A DNA stretch of 55,098 nucleotides from Candidatus Thalassarchaeaceae archaeon (GTDB taxonomy: Archaea; Thermoplasmatota; Poseidoniia; Poseidoniales; Thalassarchaeaceae). How positions within the stretch are numbered: the first letter of the stretch is position 1; the number at the start of each line of letters is the position of its first letter. Below the pieces are notes generated by a model. That model ran no database searches. It was not told the DNA's origin and saw nothing but the letters and a program-made list of their open reading frames with translations. Made by a program: the position numbers and the translations under genes. Below are positions 24,267 through 33,246 of this stretch, piece by piece. The stretch spans positions 1 to 55,098 of the forward strand of contig JASMFB010000002.1 of NCBI GenBank assembly GCA_030751995.1. The letters are read 5' to 3'.

Positions 24267-26024
24267 TCAACTAAACAGTGCCGCAGCAGCATCTGCAGCC
24301 GCCGATGCTAGGACATCTGCCAATACACCGAATCCAAAGACAACTGCACCCATCGTACAGAGCATGATTGCGATTCTGAGCATTGGGGCCCTCGATAGGC
24401 GCAGATTGCGGTCGGATTCATCATAGAACATGACGACACATATTCGCAGATAATAGAACAAGGATATCGCACTGTTGATGAAGATAAGAATGGCCAACCA
24501 GAACACCCAGGATAGAGAATCCATGGCTTCTGAAAGGCTGGCTCCGGTGACATCGCCAACCGTGCTTGAGATGATGCCACTTACCATCATCAACTTCGAT
24601 AGGAAGCCAGCCAGAGGTGGAACGCCTGCCAATGCCAACATGAAAATCATCATCGAGATAGCAATCAACGGATCGCGACGAGCAAGGCCATGATAGTGCT
24701 CCAGTTCGTATCCTCGACCTTCACATTCCAGCAGAGAAATGACAAGGAATGCCCCTAGTTTGAACGTGACCAGCACAGCCAGGTGGAACATGATAGCTGT
24801 TGCAATCAATTGGCTTCCTTCGCCCGGTCCAAGCGCACCGATGGCAGCAATACCAGCTAGGATATATCCCGCGTGGGCAACACTGGAATACGCCAACATT
24901 CGCTTCGGGTTTCGGCTGCCCAATGCTGCAATGTTACCCCATGTCATGGTAATCGCGGCAATAGCGCCAATGAGGATTGTCCAATCACTGCCATCATCAG
25001 CCAATGTAATGCCGATGAGTACACGCATTAGAGCGACGAAGCCCATCGCCTTGCTCGCAGTTGCAAGAACGCCAGCAACCGGTCCACTGGCCCCTGAATA
25101 TGCATCGGGTGCCGCAAAGTGGAATGGAACAGCACTGACCTTGAATCCAAACGCTACCAACATCATCCCAAGACCAATGGTTGCCAATCCATTGGGCCCT
25201 TCAGTGGCCCACTTTGCAGCGAGGCCTCCAGAGCCGTAAATGGCCAAATCACCATTCCAAATGTACAGCATTGAGATACCGTATAGGCCAATGGCACTGG
25301 CCACACTTCCAACGATGAAATACTTCACACCAGCTTCTGGGCCCTCCTGCGTTTCCTTGTTGAATGCGATTAGAACATAGGAAGCCATGCTCGCCAATTC
25401 AAGGCCGACGAATAGAATGAACAGATTGGTCGAAAGAGCGACGGTGCACATGCCCAGAGCGACCATCAGAATGAGTAAGGCGAAGTCGACTTGTCTTCGA
25501 TTGTTCAACAGACGGGCTAGACGTCGAGTTTCTACGACTTCGTCATCTTGAGTCTTGAGAGCAATACGGTGGTGGGGAGTTGCCGGCAATCGATCCCAAT
25601 TGGCGATGAGCGCGAGAAGCAATGCACCCGTGAAGATCATCTCCATCAAGCGGCTGAAAGCATCGACACGCAGAATATGCGTGCCATCTGAAGCACAGTC
25701 CTGAACTAAGCCATTCATCGTCACGCAGGCTTCAGCGACACCGACGCCTGAATCAAGCATCTGACTAAATAGGGCAGTGATGAATGAGGCGAAGAGTGTG
25801 AAGGCTGCAATCGCTGCAGGCATCCGAGGATCTCCAGTAACAGAGAATCGCTTTCCACCGATGAGGTAGGGAATTCGGATGCTCGTACCTGGAATCGGCA
25901 GACGGAATGTTGCGTTGCCCAAATTGGGCACGAGAATCATCGCCACAATGCCGAGCAGTAGAATCCACTCGGGCATCAATGTCGCGACCATGTCAGGGCC
26001 GCTGAACAGCGTACCTACGTTCAT
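24267..26024 (-). CDS. nuoN: NADH-quinone oxidoreductase (complex I-like) subunit N
   Basis: Polytopic antiporter-like subunit of 585 aa. ATGA overlap with nuoM, and the SD GGAGGTGA lies 4 nt upstream. Confidence 0.88.
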   Translation of the reverse strand: MNVGTLFSGPDMVATLMPEWILLLGIVAMILVPNLGNATFRLPIPGTSIRIPYLIGGKRFSVTGDPRMPAAIAAFTLFASFITALFSQMLDSGVGVAEACVTMNGLVQDCASDGTHILRVDAFSRLMEMIFTGALLLALIANWDRLPATPHHRIALKTQDDEVVETRRLARLLNNRRQVDFALLILMVALGMCTVALSTNLFILFVGLELASMASYVLIAFNKETQEGPEAGVKYFIVGSVASAIGLYGISMLYIWNGDLAIYGSGGLAAKWATEGPNGLATIGLGMMLVAFGFKVSAVPFHFAAPDAYSGASGPVAGVLATASKAMGFVALMRVLIGITLADDGSDWTILIGAIAAITMTWGNIAALGSRNPKRMLAYSSVAHAGYILAGIAAIGALGPGEGSQLIATAIMFHLAVLVTFKLGAFLVISLLECEGRGYELEHYHGLARRDPLIAISMMIFMLALAGVPPLAGFLSKLMMVSGIISSTVGDVTGASLSEAMDSLSWVFWLAILIFINSAISLFYYLRICVVMFYDESDRNLRLSRAPMLRIAIMLCTMGAVVFGFGVLADVLASAAADAAAALFS

Positions 26025-27640
26025 GGGTTCACCTCCGGGGGATAAATGACGTTCTCAACCAATAGAGATGCCCAATCAGACATCATCTCAAACATCCCGA
26101 AGAAGTCTGGATAAATACCGTAGATGATTGCCAGAGCACCAAGAATGAGCATTCCTGTGTTCTCATGCCATGTGATATCGCGAGGCTCCTCATCGCGCAT
26201 TGTTGGTGGAAGTTGAGCCTCCCCTTCACCTTCGAAGATTGTGCGCTGCATGCTCCACAGGTAGTAAGCGGCAGTGATGATGAGTGTGAGAGCGGGTAGA
26301 ATGACCCACCAACCGAAGGCCATGTAGAAAGCGATGAGAACTGCAACCTCAGCAACGAAGCCAGCCATCAGAGGTAGTCCAAGACTGCCCATCCATCCAA
26401 CCATCATGTGGGCACTCATCCACGGACTATGGTGGGCTAAACCACGCATGGAATCGATCTCCAGCGTGTGATAATGATGCTTGAATGAACCACAGACTGC
26501 GAACAAGAGTGGGCTGATGATACCGTGCGCGAACATCATGAAGATGGCACCGGCGATTCCAAGTGGTTGGAGTGTGGCTACACCGAGGAAGATGAGTCCC
26601 ATGTGACTCACCGAAGAATAGGCGACCATGCGCTTGAGGTTCATCTGCCCAAGGCAAACTACGGCGCCATAGACGAGGCTGACCATACCGAGCACTAGCA
26701 GTAGTGTTTGGAATTGGATGACCTGATCGGGGAAGAGTGTCACACCGAGGCGAAGGAAGCCGTACGCACCCATCTTCAGCATAACGCCAGCTAGCAACAT
26801 CGATCCCGCAGTAGGGGCCTGTACGTGGGCATCAGGCAACCAAGTGTGAACGGGTACGCTCGGCATCTTGGTTGCAAATCCAATCAGCATCAGCAGGAAG
26901 ACGACGCTGCGCAATCCCTCGGCTGCTATGAAGTTCGTACTGGTTTCCATCAGAATGAAATCAAACGATTTACCAGTGATGTTGCCAACCCAACTCGCAT
27001 CGTTGTTGAAGTACATCACAAGGATGCCTGCGAGCATGAATACGCTGGCCGTGAAGGTGTAGATGAAGAACTTCTGTGCAGCGTAACGGCGGTCACTGCC
27101 ACCCCACATCAGAATCAGGAAGAACATTGGAATCAATGTCAATTCCCAGAATACATAGAAGACAAACAAATCCAGACTGACGAATACCCCGATGAGTGCT
27201 CCTTCCATCATCAGGATGAGACTGTGGAAGTATGCACCCTTCTTGGCATTCCACTCTACCACCATGGTAATCGGAATCAATAGTGTGGTCAGCCAGACCA
27301 TTGGGAACGAAAGCGCGTCGATTCCGACGTGCCATGAGACTCCGATGCTGCTGATCAATGTGCAGGAACCGGTGCTCACAGCACCGACTTCGCAGTTCTG
27401 ATACAGGTATTCGCCCCACGCCAATCCGAATGTTTCCTCTAAGCCGATGAGGGTCGCCATGAGCAACATCAGCAGAGCGATGCTGAGGTTGACTAATCGA
27501 ATCGGATTGGCTAGCATCTCTCGCTTCTCACCATCTGCCATCCAATGAACGAGCATCAGCAGCAGTGCGCCAGTGATTGGCAGCAGGGTGAGAACAGTTA
27601 ACGGGTTGCCGAGCATTGTGATAATTTCTGTAATCTCCAT
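26021..27640 (-). CDS. nuoM: Complex I subunit M
   Basis: Antiporter-like subunit with PVHTWLPDAHVQAPTAGSMLLAGVMLKMGAYG. It directly abuts the nuoL stop. Confidence 0.92.
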   Translation of the reverse strand: MEITEIITMLGNPLTVLTLLPITGALLLMLVHWMADGEKREMLANPIRLVNLSIALLMLLMATLIGLEETFGLAWGEYLYQNCEVGAVSTGSCTLISSIGVSWHVGIDALSFPMVWLTTLLIPITMVVEWNAKKGAYFHSLILMMEGALIGVFVSLDLFVFYVFWELTLIPMFFLILMWGGSDRRYAAQKFFIYTFTASVFMLAGILVMYFNNDASWVGNITGKSFDFILMETSTNFIAAEGLRSVVFLLMLIGFATKMPSVPVHTWLPDAHVQAPTAGSMLLAGVMLKMGAYGFLRLGVTLFPDQVIQFQTLLLVLGMVSLVYGAVVCLGQMNLKRMVAYSSVSHMGLIFLGVATLQPLGIAGAIFMMFAHGIISPLLFAVCGSFKHHYHTLEIDSMRGLAHHSPWMSAHMMVGWMGSLGLPLMAGFVAEVAVLIAFYMAFGWWVILPALTLIITAAYYLWSMQRTIFEGEGEAQLPPTMRDEEPRDITWHENTGMLILGALAIIYGIYPDFFGMFEMMSDWASLLVENVIYPPEVNP

Positions 27641-29917
27641 TCACGCCACCCCCCATAGAATGCCGATGATGGCCAGCATGCCGACTGTGGCCATGAGCAG
27701 GTAGTCGCTTGCGCGTCCAGTGGTGAATTGTCGCAACCAGGCACTTGTCGATTGACTTCCAGATTCAATTCCTTTGATGACACCATCCACCCAATTCTTG
27801 TCAATCCATGCGGAAATCTTCGCCAATGGGATAATTGTCTTGGCAATCAAATATTCATAGAAATCATCGATGTATAGGCGGTTGTGAAGTGCTTGTGCGA
27901 ATCCACCTTCAGCGAGTTCGCCCACGTCGGTGTGACCTGCCCTTCCCGAAAGATCGACCAACCAGGAAACCATCGGTGTTGCAACCTCACCATCATCAAG
28001 GCGCCCACCATGCATACGAGCAGCGATGAATGGCCCCAATCCCGCAGATAGGAGGATGGCGGTCCATCCAACGAGTTTCAAGGTCGTCTCCGCAGGCAAG
28101 AAGGCGTGCTCAAGAGTGTATAGTAGTCCGTGCGAGGATAGATGTGCCGAATCTGGGTTTTCTCCAAGGAAATGCTGGAAGCCATACATGGCCAGTAGTA
28201 TTCCACCAAATGCAGTCACAAAAGAGAGAGTGACCAGTGGCGTCTTAATCCACGGTGTATCTTCATGAACGTGCTGGGCGGCCTCTGTCTTTGCCTTTCC
28301 AGCGAAGGTCATGAACCACATTCTCGACATGTAGAATCCAGTCATGCCAGCGGTTGCCAGAACCAATAGTGCAGGGAAGAGAATCATCTCGCCGCCGTGT
28401 AGGTAAACGTTCCATGCTTGTCCTATGATGCCTTCCTTGGACCAGAATCCACCAATGAGGGGGATGCCGATAATCGACATTGAACCCAACATCATCGCGA
28501 TACTGGTGACAGGGAGTTTACTGGCCAAGCCACCCATGTTCCGCATGTCTTGTGGATCGAAATCGTGGTGGTCATCATCGTCGTACAAGTGTACATGGTC
28601 GTGCGCGTGATGCATCTCATGGATGACTGAACCCGAAGCCATGAACAACATTCCTTTGGCCATGGCGTGATTGAAGAGATGGAACAAGGCCGCACCAAAG
28701 GCAATCGTTGCCAGATGGTGATGTCCATTATTTGCAAACCAACATGCGGCCCCCAATCCGGTGAAGATGTAGGCTAGTTGACTCATCGTCGAATATGCTA
28801 GAACTCGTTTGATGTCATTGGCCACGAAGGCAATGAACGCAGCCATACATGCGGTGATTCCACCTACCCATGCAATCAGCATCGCAAGATCTGAGAGATC
28901 TCCTTCAAAATGATGCTCGCTGAATAGCGGGAACATTCGGGCCACCAGATACAGACCTGCGTTCACCATCGTAGCAGCGTGGATGAGGGCCGAGACAGGG
29001 GTTGGACCTTCCATGGCGTCAGGCAACCAGACGTGCAGTGGGAATTGTGCGGACTTGCCGACACAACCGATGAACATGAAGAAGAGAGGCCACTGGAGAT
29101 CTGCGCCGTGAACTGCGCCACCCAATGTGGGATCTCCAAAGATGACAGCGAACTCAAGGCTGTGGTACAGGTCGTAGAGCATGAATAGGCCGACCATCAG
29201 GAAAACGTCACCCACACGCGTGGTGAGGAATGCTTTCTTGGCCGCAGCAGCCGCACTGGGCTTCTCCCAATAGAATCCGATTAACAGATATGAACAGAGA
29301 CCCATGATTTCCCAGAAGATGAACAACCAAAGGAAGCTGTCAGCCAGCACCATCCCAAACATACCCATGCTGAATAGTAAGAATTCTGCGAAGAATCGAT
29401 GGTTACGGTCCTCATTGATTGGGTCCGTGGTCATGTATCCAATGGCAAACCAGCAGATGAGGAAACACAGGAAGGTAGCAACAAACAACACTGTCAGAGA
29501 GACGCTGTCAATCCAGATTCCAAAACTCAATGCAGACTCAGAGAGGGCATTGCCTTCAACGAGGAGGTCGAAGGTGATCCAATCGAAAATTTCCTCTGGT
29601 TCACCGAAGTGTGCGTGGTGCGCAAAGAATTCGACAATGAGCCAAATAGTCAATGCCAATGTAATGGCTAGTGCGGTTAGAGCAACGATTCCGCCCTCTT
29701 TCAGTTGGTGTTTCCACAAATCTTTGCCTTTACAGATTTGTCCGATGATTAAAATCGCAGGGAACACAGCGAGAGGGACTGCGACGATTAGGAATGAACT
29801 GAAACGGATATCGAATCCAATCGAGTCCGGGTTCATCCGAAGGATGACGAAGAGGAATGAAACCAGAATGAGGATTGGGAGGATTAGATTCCAATCAGAT
29901 TTGTTTTGTTCTTCCAT
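27641..29917 (-). CDS. nuoL: Complex I subunit L (758 aa)
   Basis: GKSAQFPLHVWLPDAMEGPTPVSALIHAATMVNAGLYL, followed by a long C-terminal extension (lateral helix region). SD GGAGGTGA plus 5 nt precede the ATG. Confidence 0.92.
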   Translation of the reverse strand: MEEQNKSDWNLILPILILVSFLFVILRMNPDSIGFDIRFSSFLIVAVPLAVFPAILIIGQICKGKDLWKHQLKEGGIVALTALAITLALTIWLIVEFFAHHAHFGEPEEIFDWITFDLLVEGNALSESALSFGIWIDSVSLTVLFVATFLCFLICWFAIGYMTTDPINEDRNHRFFAEFLLFSMGMFGMVLADSFLWLFIFWEIMGLCSYLLIGFYWEKPSAAAAAKKAFLTTRVGDVFLMVGLFMLYDLYHSLEFAVIFGDPTLGGAVHGADLQWPLFFMFIGCVGKSAQFPLHVWLPDAMEGPTPVSALIHAATMVNAGLYLVARMFPLFSEHHFEGDLSDLAMLIAWVGGITACMAAFIAFVANDIKRVLAYSTMSQLAYIFTGLGAACWFANNGHHHLATIAFGAALFHLFNHAMAKGMLFMASGSVIHEMHHAHDHVHLYDDDDHHDFDPQDMRNMGGLASKLPVTSIAMMLGSMSIIGIPLIGGFWSKEGIIGQAWNVYLHGGEMILFPALLVLATAGMTGFYMSRMWFMTFAGKAKTEAAQHVHEDTPWIKTPLVTLSFVTAFGGILLAMYGFQHFLGENPDSAHLSSHGLLYTLEHAFLPAETTLKLVGWTAILLSAGLGPFIAARMHGGRLDDGEVATPMVSWLVDLSGRAGHTDVGELAEGGFAQALHNRLYIDDFYEYLIAKTIIPLAKISAWIDKNWVDGVIKGIESGSQSTSAWLRQFTTGRASDYLLMATVGMLAIIGILWGVA

Positions 29918-29930
29918 TCATCTCACCTCC

Positions 29931-30233
29931 TCAATGCTTCAGTAGCGTGACCTCGTCCAATGAAATCGTACCTCGTTGGCTGTACAATGCCAGGAATATA
30001 GCCAATCCAACAGCCACCTCGGCGGCTGCGATTGCAATGGCAATTGAAGTGTACACCCATCCATCGATGTTCTCGTAATGCGCAGCCCCTGCAACGAAGT
30101 TCAGGTTGACCGCATTGAGCATGATCTCGATACACATCAAGACAATGATGGCATTCTTGCGTGTGAAAACGCCCACCAATCCAATGCAGAACAGGAATGC
30201 GCCCAAGCCGGCAATCCAACTGGGTTCGATCAT
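29931..30233 (-). CDS. nuoK: Complex I subunit K
   Basis: A 100-aa, 3-TM protein with LMCIEIMLNAVNLNFV and AIAIAAAEVAVGLAI. ATGA overlap with nuoJ2. Confidence 0.92.
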   Translation of the reverse strand: MIEPSWIAGLGAFLFCIGLVGVFTRKNAIIVLMCIEIMLNAVNLNFVAGAAHYENIDGWVYTSIAIAIAAAEVAVGLAIFLALYSQRGTISLDEVTLLKH

Positions 30234-30247
30234 TCTTCTTCACCTCC
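30229..30247 (-). promoter_or_regulatory. SD-spacer-ATGA translational coupling cassette (GGAGGTGAAGAAGAATGAT)
   Basis: Exact copy of the 19-mer at 3727..3745, here at the nuoJ2/nuoK junction. Confidence 0.7.
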
Positions 30248-30505
30248 GTGAAGTTCCCACATGAGATTCGTCTTGCGCTCATCTCGGACCAAGTAGGCGG
30301 CACCGGCCATGGCCATGGCCAATAGTGCCCCGAGAACTACCAATGTGAAGGCCCAATCATTGAGAACCGCTGTGGCGAATTCCAAGGTAGTCATGCTGTC
30401 TGAACCGGTTACTGGGTCCCAGTTTACTGGATCCATGAGTACAGCGAGTAGTAGACCGAGCAAGCCAACAACGCCGAGACGGGCAAAGGTGCTCATCAAC
30501 CTCAT
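30230..30505 (-). CDS. nuoJ2: Complex I subunit J, C-terminal half (split NuoJ)
   Basis: A 91-aa membrane protein (LVVLGALLAMAMAGAAYLVRDERK). ATGA overlap with nuoJ1, and its own SD GGAGGAGGAT. Confidence 0.8.
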   Translation of the reverse strand: MRLMSTFARLGVVGLLGLLLAVLMDPVNWDPVTGSDSMTTLEFATAVLNDWAFTLVVLGALLAMAMAGAAYLVRDERKTNLMWELHGGEEE

Positions 30506-30810
30506 TCAAAATCCTCCTCCATGATTTGTCGGCGAGAGAGCATTACACCGAAGGCAAAGACCAGCATTACGCTGCCAAGATAAACCAGAATCTGAATGGC
30601 CGCAAGCATCTCAGCATTGGCCAGCAGGAATACTCCTGCAACCGCAAAGAAGCACATGATGAGAGCAAGCATCGAGTGGGCTACTCGCTTTGAGTAGACA
30701 GTGCCCAGAGCGCCGCCAATGGCTATGATGGCCATGATGCCGAAGGCGATTCCTTCAACGGATGCAAAAATGTCCCCAATTGGGTCCATGATGAATGCGG
30801 GTAATTCCAT
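30502..30810 (-). CDS. nuoJ1: Complex I subunit J, N-terminal half (split NuoJ)
   Basis: HSMLALIMCFFAVAGVFLLANAEMLAAIQILVYLGSVMLVFAFGVML is the NuoJ/ND6 core. SD AAGGAGG. Confidence 0.85.
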   Translation of the reverse strand: MELPAFIMDPIGDIFASVEGIAFGIMAIIAIGGALGTVYSKRVAHSMLALIMCFFAVAGVFLLANAEMLAAIQILVYLGSVMLVFAFGVMLSRRQIMEEDFE

Positions 30811-30812
30811 TT

Positions 30813-31790
30813 TCAGGCCTCCTTGGATGCTTTTGCTGCAGCTTTCTCAGCCTTCTTTCTTGCTTGATCCGCGCGCTTCGCTAGTTCGCGGTCAACCGCT
30901 TCTGCATGTTGTACGGGTAAGACACGGGTGCGGTCAGCATCGAACCAGAGATCTTCTCTGGTGAATCCAGACATGCCATCGTATTCGTTGGTCATGAAGA
31001 AGGAATTGAATGGGCAGGATTCCATACACAGGCCACAGAACATACAGCGACCAATGTCGATTCGCCCCGATACAATGTCTACTTCGGCGCCGACCAAGTC
31101 GTCTGACGTGACGTCCTCAACTGAACCCGAAGCATTCCATCGGACACTGATTGTATCTCCTGTCAGATTGATGACTTCACCAAATTCATACTCTTCGGGT
31201 GGTGCTTCGTGAGCGGTGGAAAGTTGGAAATTTTCTGCTGCTTCTTCACTACCTTCAAGTCGACGCGCAGCCATTCCGCCGACTTCGAGTTCAACGCCGA
31301 AGCCGTGGTCATCATCGCCTTCCTCGGTCATGTCCAGAACGTTGACGCGGGTCTCGGTTTCCATGTGAAGACAATCGTTGGGGCAAATGCGCACACAGGC
31401 CTTGCACGCTGTGCATGTTTCCCAGATGACGCCTATTCGACCATTGTAATTGCCCGGAACGAAGAGCCATGGTTCCATCTCCTCAAGACGTTCGTAAGGA
31501 TACATCACGGTGACTGGGCGCTCAAAGTGAGGGAACAATTCAGTGGTCTCTCGATCGGGGGCATAGGTTTGATCAACGACAGGGTGAGCTTGTGCTGTGT
31601 ACATCTCCCGTTCAGCATCGGTAAGCAACTCCGTCTTCTGTCCATGGTAGGGTTTGCTGCGTCCATGTGATTTCAGGAATTTTGAACGGCCGATGTACGG
31701 AATGGTTCGAAGAGCCGCCTTGAGAGTAATCCACATTGGACGAACAATGAGGTTGCGGAAATTCGGAGTTGCATGCTTGTGATATGCCAT
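30813..31790 (-). CDS. nuoI: Complex I subunit I (2x[4Fe-4S] ferredoxin) with large insertions
   Basis: CTACKACVRICP and CMFCGLCMESCP motifs. The ATG at 31790 with SD GGAAGTGAT is preferred over the GTG at 31799. About 325 aa, against ~160 aa for typical NuoI. Confidence 0.88.
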   Translation of the reverse strand: MAYHKHATPNFRNLIVRPMWITLKAALRTIPYIGRSKFLKSHGRSKPYHGQKTELLTDAEREMYTAQAHPVVDQTYAPDRETTELFPHFERPVTVMYPYERLEEMEPWLFVPGNYNGRIGVIWETCTACKACVRICPNDCLHMETETRVNVLDMTEEGDDDHGFGVELEVGGMAARRLEGSEEAAENFQLSTAHEAPPEEYEFGEVINLTGDTISVRWNASGSVEDVTSDDLVGAEVDIVSGRIDIGRCMFCGLCMESCPFNSFFMTNEYDGMSGFTREDLWFDADRTRVLPVQHAEAVDRELAKRADQARKKAEKAAAKASKEA

Positions 31791-31795
31791 CTGAA

Positions 31796-33241
31796 TCACT
31801 TCCTGTGTTGGCCTGGACTGGCCACATCTACTGTCTGTACACTGAATGGTCGAGTTTGTGCTTCCAATGCCTCTGGGTCTTCATCGATCGATAACAAGAT
31901 GAATAGAACTAGGCTGATTGAGGAAATCAGAATCGGGACGAGGATGGGCCATTCTTCCTTGACGCCGTCATAAGCCCACAGACGCAGTACGGTGGCCATG
32001 GCCAAATTGACGAGACTCAATGGAAGCAACCAGCGCCATCCGAACTCAAGAATCTGATCTGTACGTACGCGATGAAGAGCGGCGCGGAACCAGACGAAGA
32101 AGATGAAGATAAACCAAGCCTTGAGGAAGACCCAAGTGATGTGTGGGATGTAATGGATGAAGGGAATAGTGTCTTCCAATGGGGCTTCCCAACCACCGAG
32201 GAAGAAGTGTGCAAACAGTAGGCACGCCGCGTATGTGCGTAGATATTCTGATGCGAACATCAATCCCCAGCGCATGCCGCCGTATTCTGTCCACCATCCT
32301 TCTACCAGTTCAGCCTCAGCTTCGGGCATATCGAACGGGATTCGCTCGACTTCAGCAACCATTACGACGATGAATAGGACCGCGCCCAGGGGAAGGAGGA
32401 ATATGTTCCAAACACCGCTGTCGGCTTGGAATTCGATGACTTCCACCAAATTGAATGAGCCAGACAGCACGACTACGCTCAAAACTGTAACAAGAAGTGG
32501 AATCTCGTATGCCGTTAGTTGAGCAGCGGAACGGATTCCGCCGAGTAAAGTGTACTTATTGTTGGATGACCAACCGGCAAAGAATACACCCAGAGGAGCG
32601 ACGCTGAATACTGCCATCAGGAAGAGGATGGACATCTCGGAATTATTCGAATGGAAATTCGGCCCCAGTGGAATGAATGTGAAACACATCACTGTTGTCG
32701 CGATAATGAGGAATGGTGCAATCTCAAACACATATCGATCGGCTTTCTCGGGAACCATGTGTTCCTTGGTAAGGAACTTCATGCCATCCGCCAAGTTCTG
32801 GAAGAAGCCCGGTAGTAGCCACCAAACTCCGTGATATGAGCGATTTTGTACACGGGAAACCGCTTCGAGTTTGTGGTCGTTCCCAGCGATTTCATTCAGT
32901 GCCTTGTTGAGCATACCAATGGGAACACCAGTGCCGAATGGCAGTTGGTTCCACCATTCACCGGCAGTTACGCCATTCTCTCCAACCCACAGACTTCGAA
33001 GTGATGTGCGCGCACCACGGCGATCCATGAATCGACCGAGCAACTTTCGCTCCATCCAGAGGAGAACCAAGAGAGTGGTCATTATGCCACCAAAAACCAT
33101 GACGCACATCATGAATTCAGTGAGGAACCAAGCCACACTGTCTGTGTACTCCCAGTGACGTGACATTCCAATTGTGTTCTCTGACACGAAATCCATCGCA
33201 GTGCGAACCCAATCGCGCATATTGATGATATCTTCAGTCAT
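31796..33241 (-). CDS. nuoH: Complex I subunit H with a loop insertion
   Basis: WMERKLLGRFMDRRG...NLADGMKFLTKE...EAELVEGWWTEYGGMRWGLMF. The ATG at 33241 follows the SD GGTGAT. The GTG at 33250 lies inside that SD. Confidence 0.9.
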   Translation of the reverse strand: MTEDIINMRDWVRTAMDFVSENTIGMSRHWEYTDSVAWFLTEFMMCVMVFGGIMTTLLVLLWMERKLLGRFMDRRGARTSLRSLWVGENGVTAGEWWNQLPFGTGVPIGMLNKALNEIAGNDHKLEAVSRVQNRSYHGVWWLLPGFFQNLADGMKFLTKEHMVPEKADRYVFEIAPFLIIATTVMCFTFIPLGPNFHSNNSEMSILFLMAVFSVAPLGVFFAGWSSNNKYTLLGGIRSAAQLTAYEIPLLVTVLSVVVLSGSFNLVEVIEFQADSGVWNIFLLPLGAVLFIVVMVAEVERIPFDMPEAEAELVEGWWTEYGGMRWGLMFASEYLRTYAACLLFAHFFLGGWEAPLEDTIPFIHYIPHITWVFLKAWFIFIFFVWFRAALHRVRTDQILEFGWRWLLPLSLVNLAMATVLRLWAYDGVKEEWPILVPILISSISLVLFILLSIDEDPEALEAQTRPFSVQTVDVASPGQHRK

Positions 33242-33246
33242 GTGAA

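Noticed and set aside
24739-25239. A 166-aa plus-strand ORF. Similar antisense ORFs include 26825..27283, 29304..29945, 31209..31670 and 32157..32522.
   Set aside because: They lie entirely antisense to well-supported nuo genes. Their Ser/Pro/Arg/Ala-rich compositions are typical of the reverse frame of membrane-protein genes, and they have no SD or promoter context.
30230-30810. The split NuoJ (102 aa plus 91 aa) might be a frameshifted pseudogene.
   Set aside because: The two parts are joined by a clean ATGA overlap. The second part has its own strong SD (GGAGGAGGAT). Split nuoJ1/nuoJ2 genes are known in archaea.
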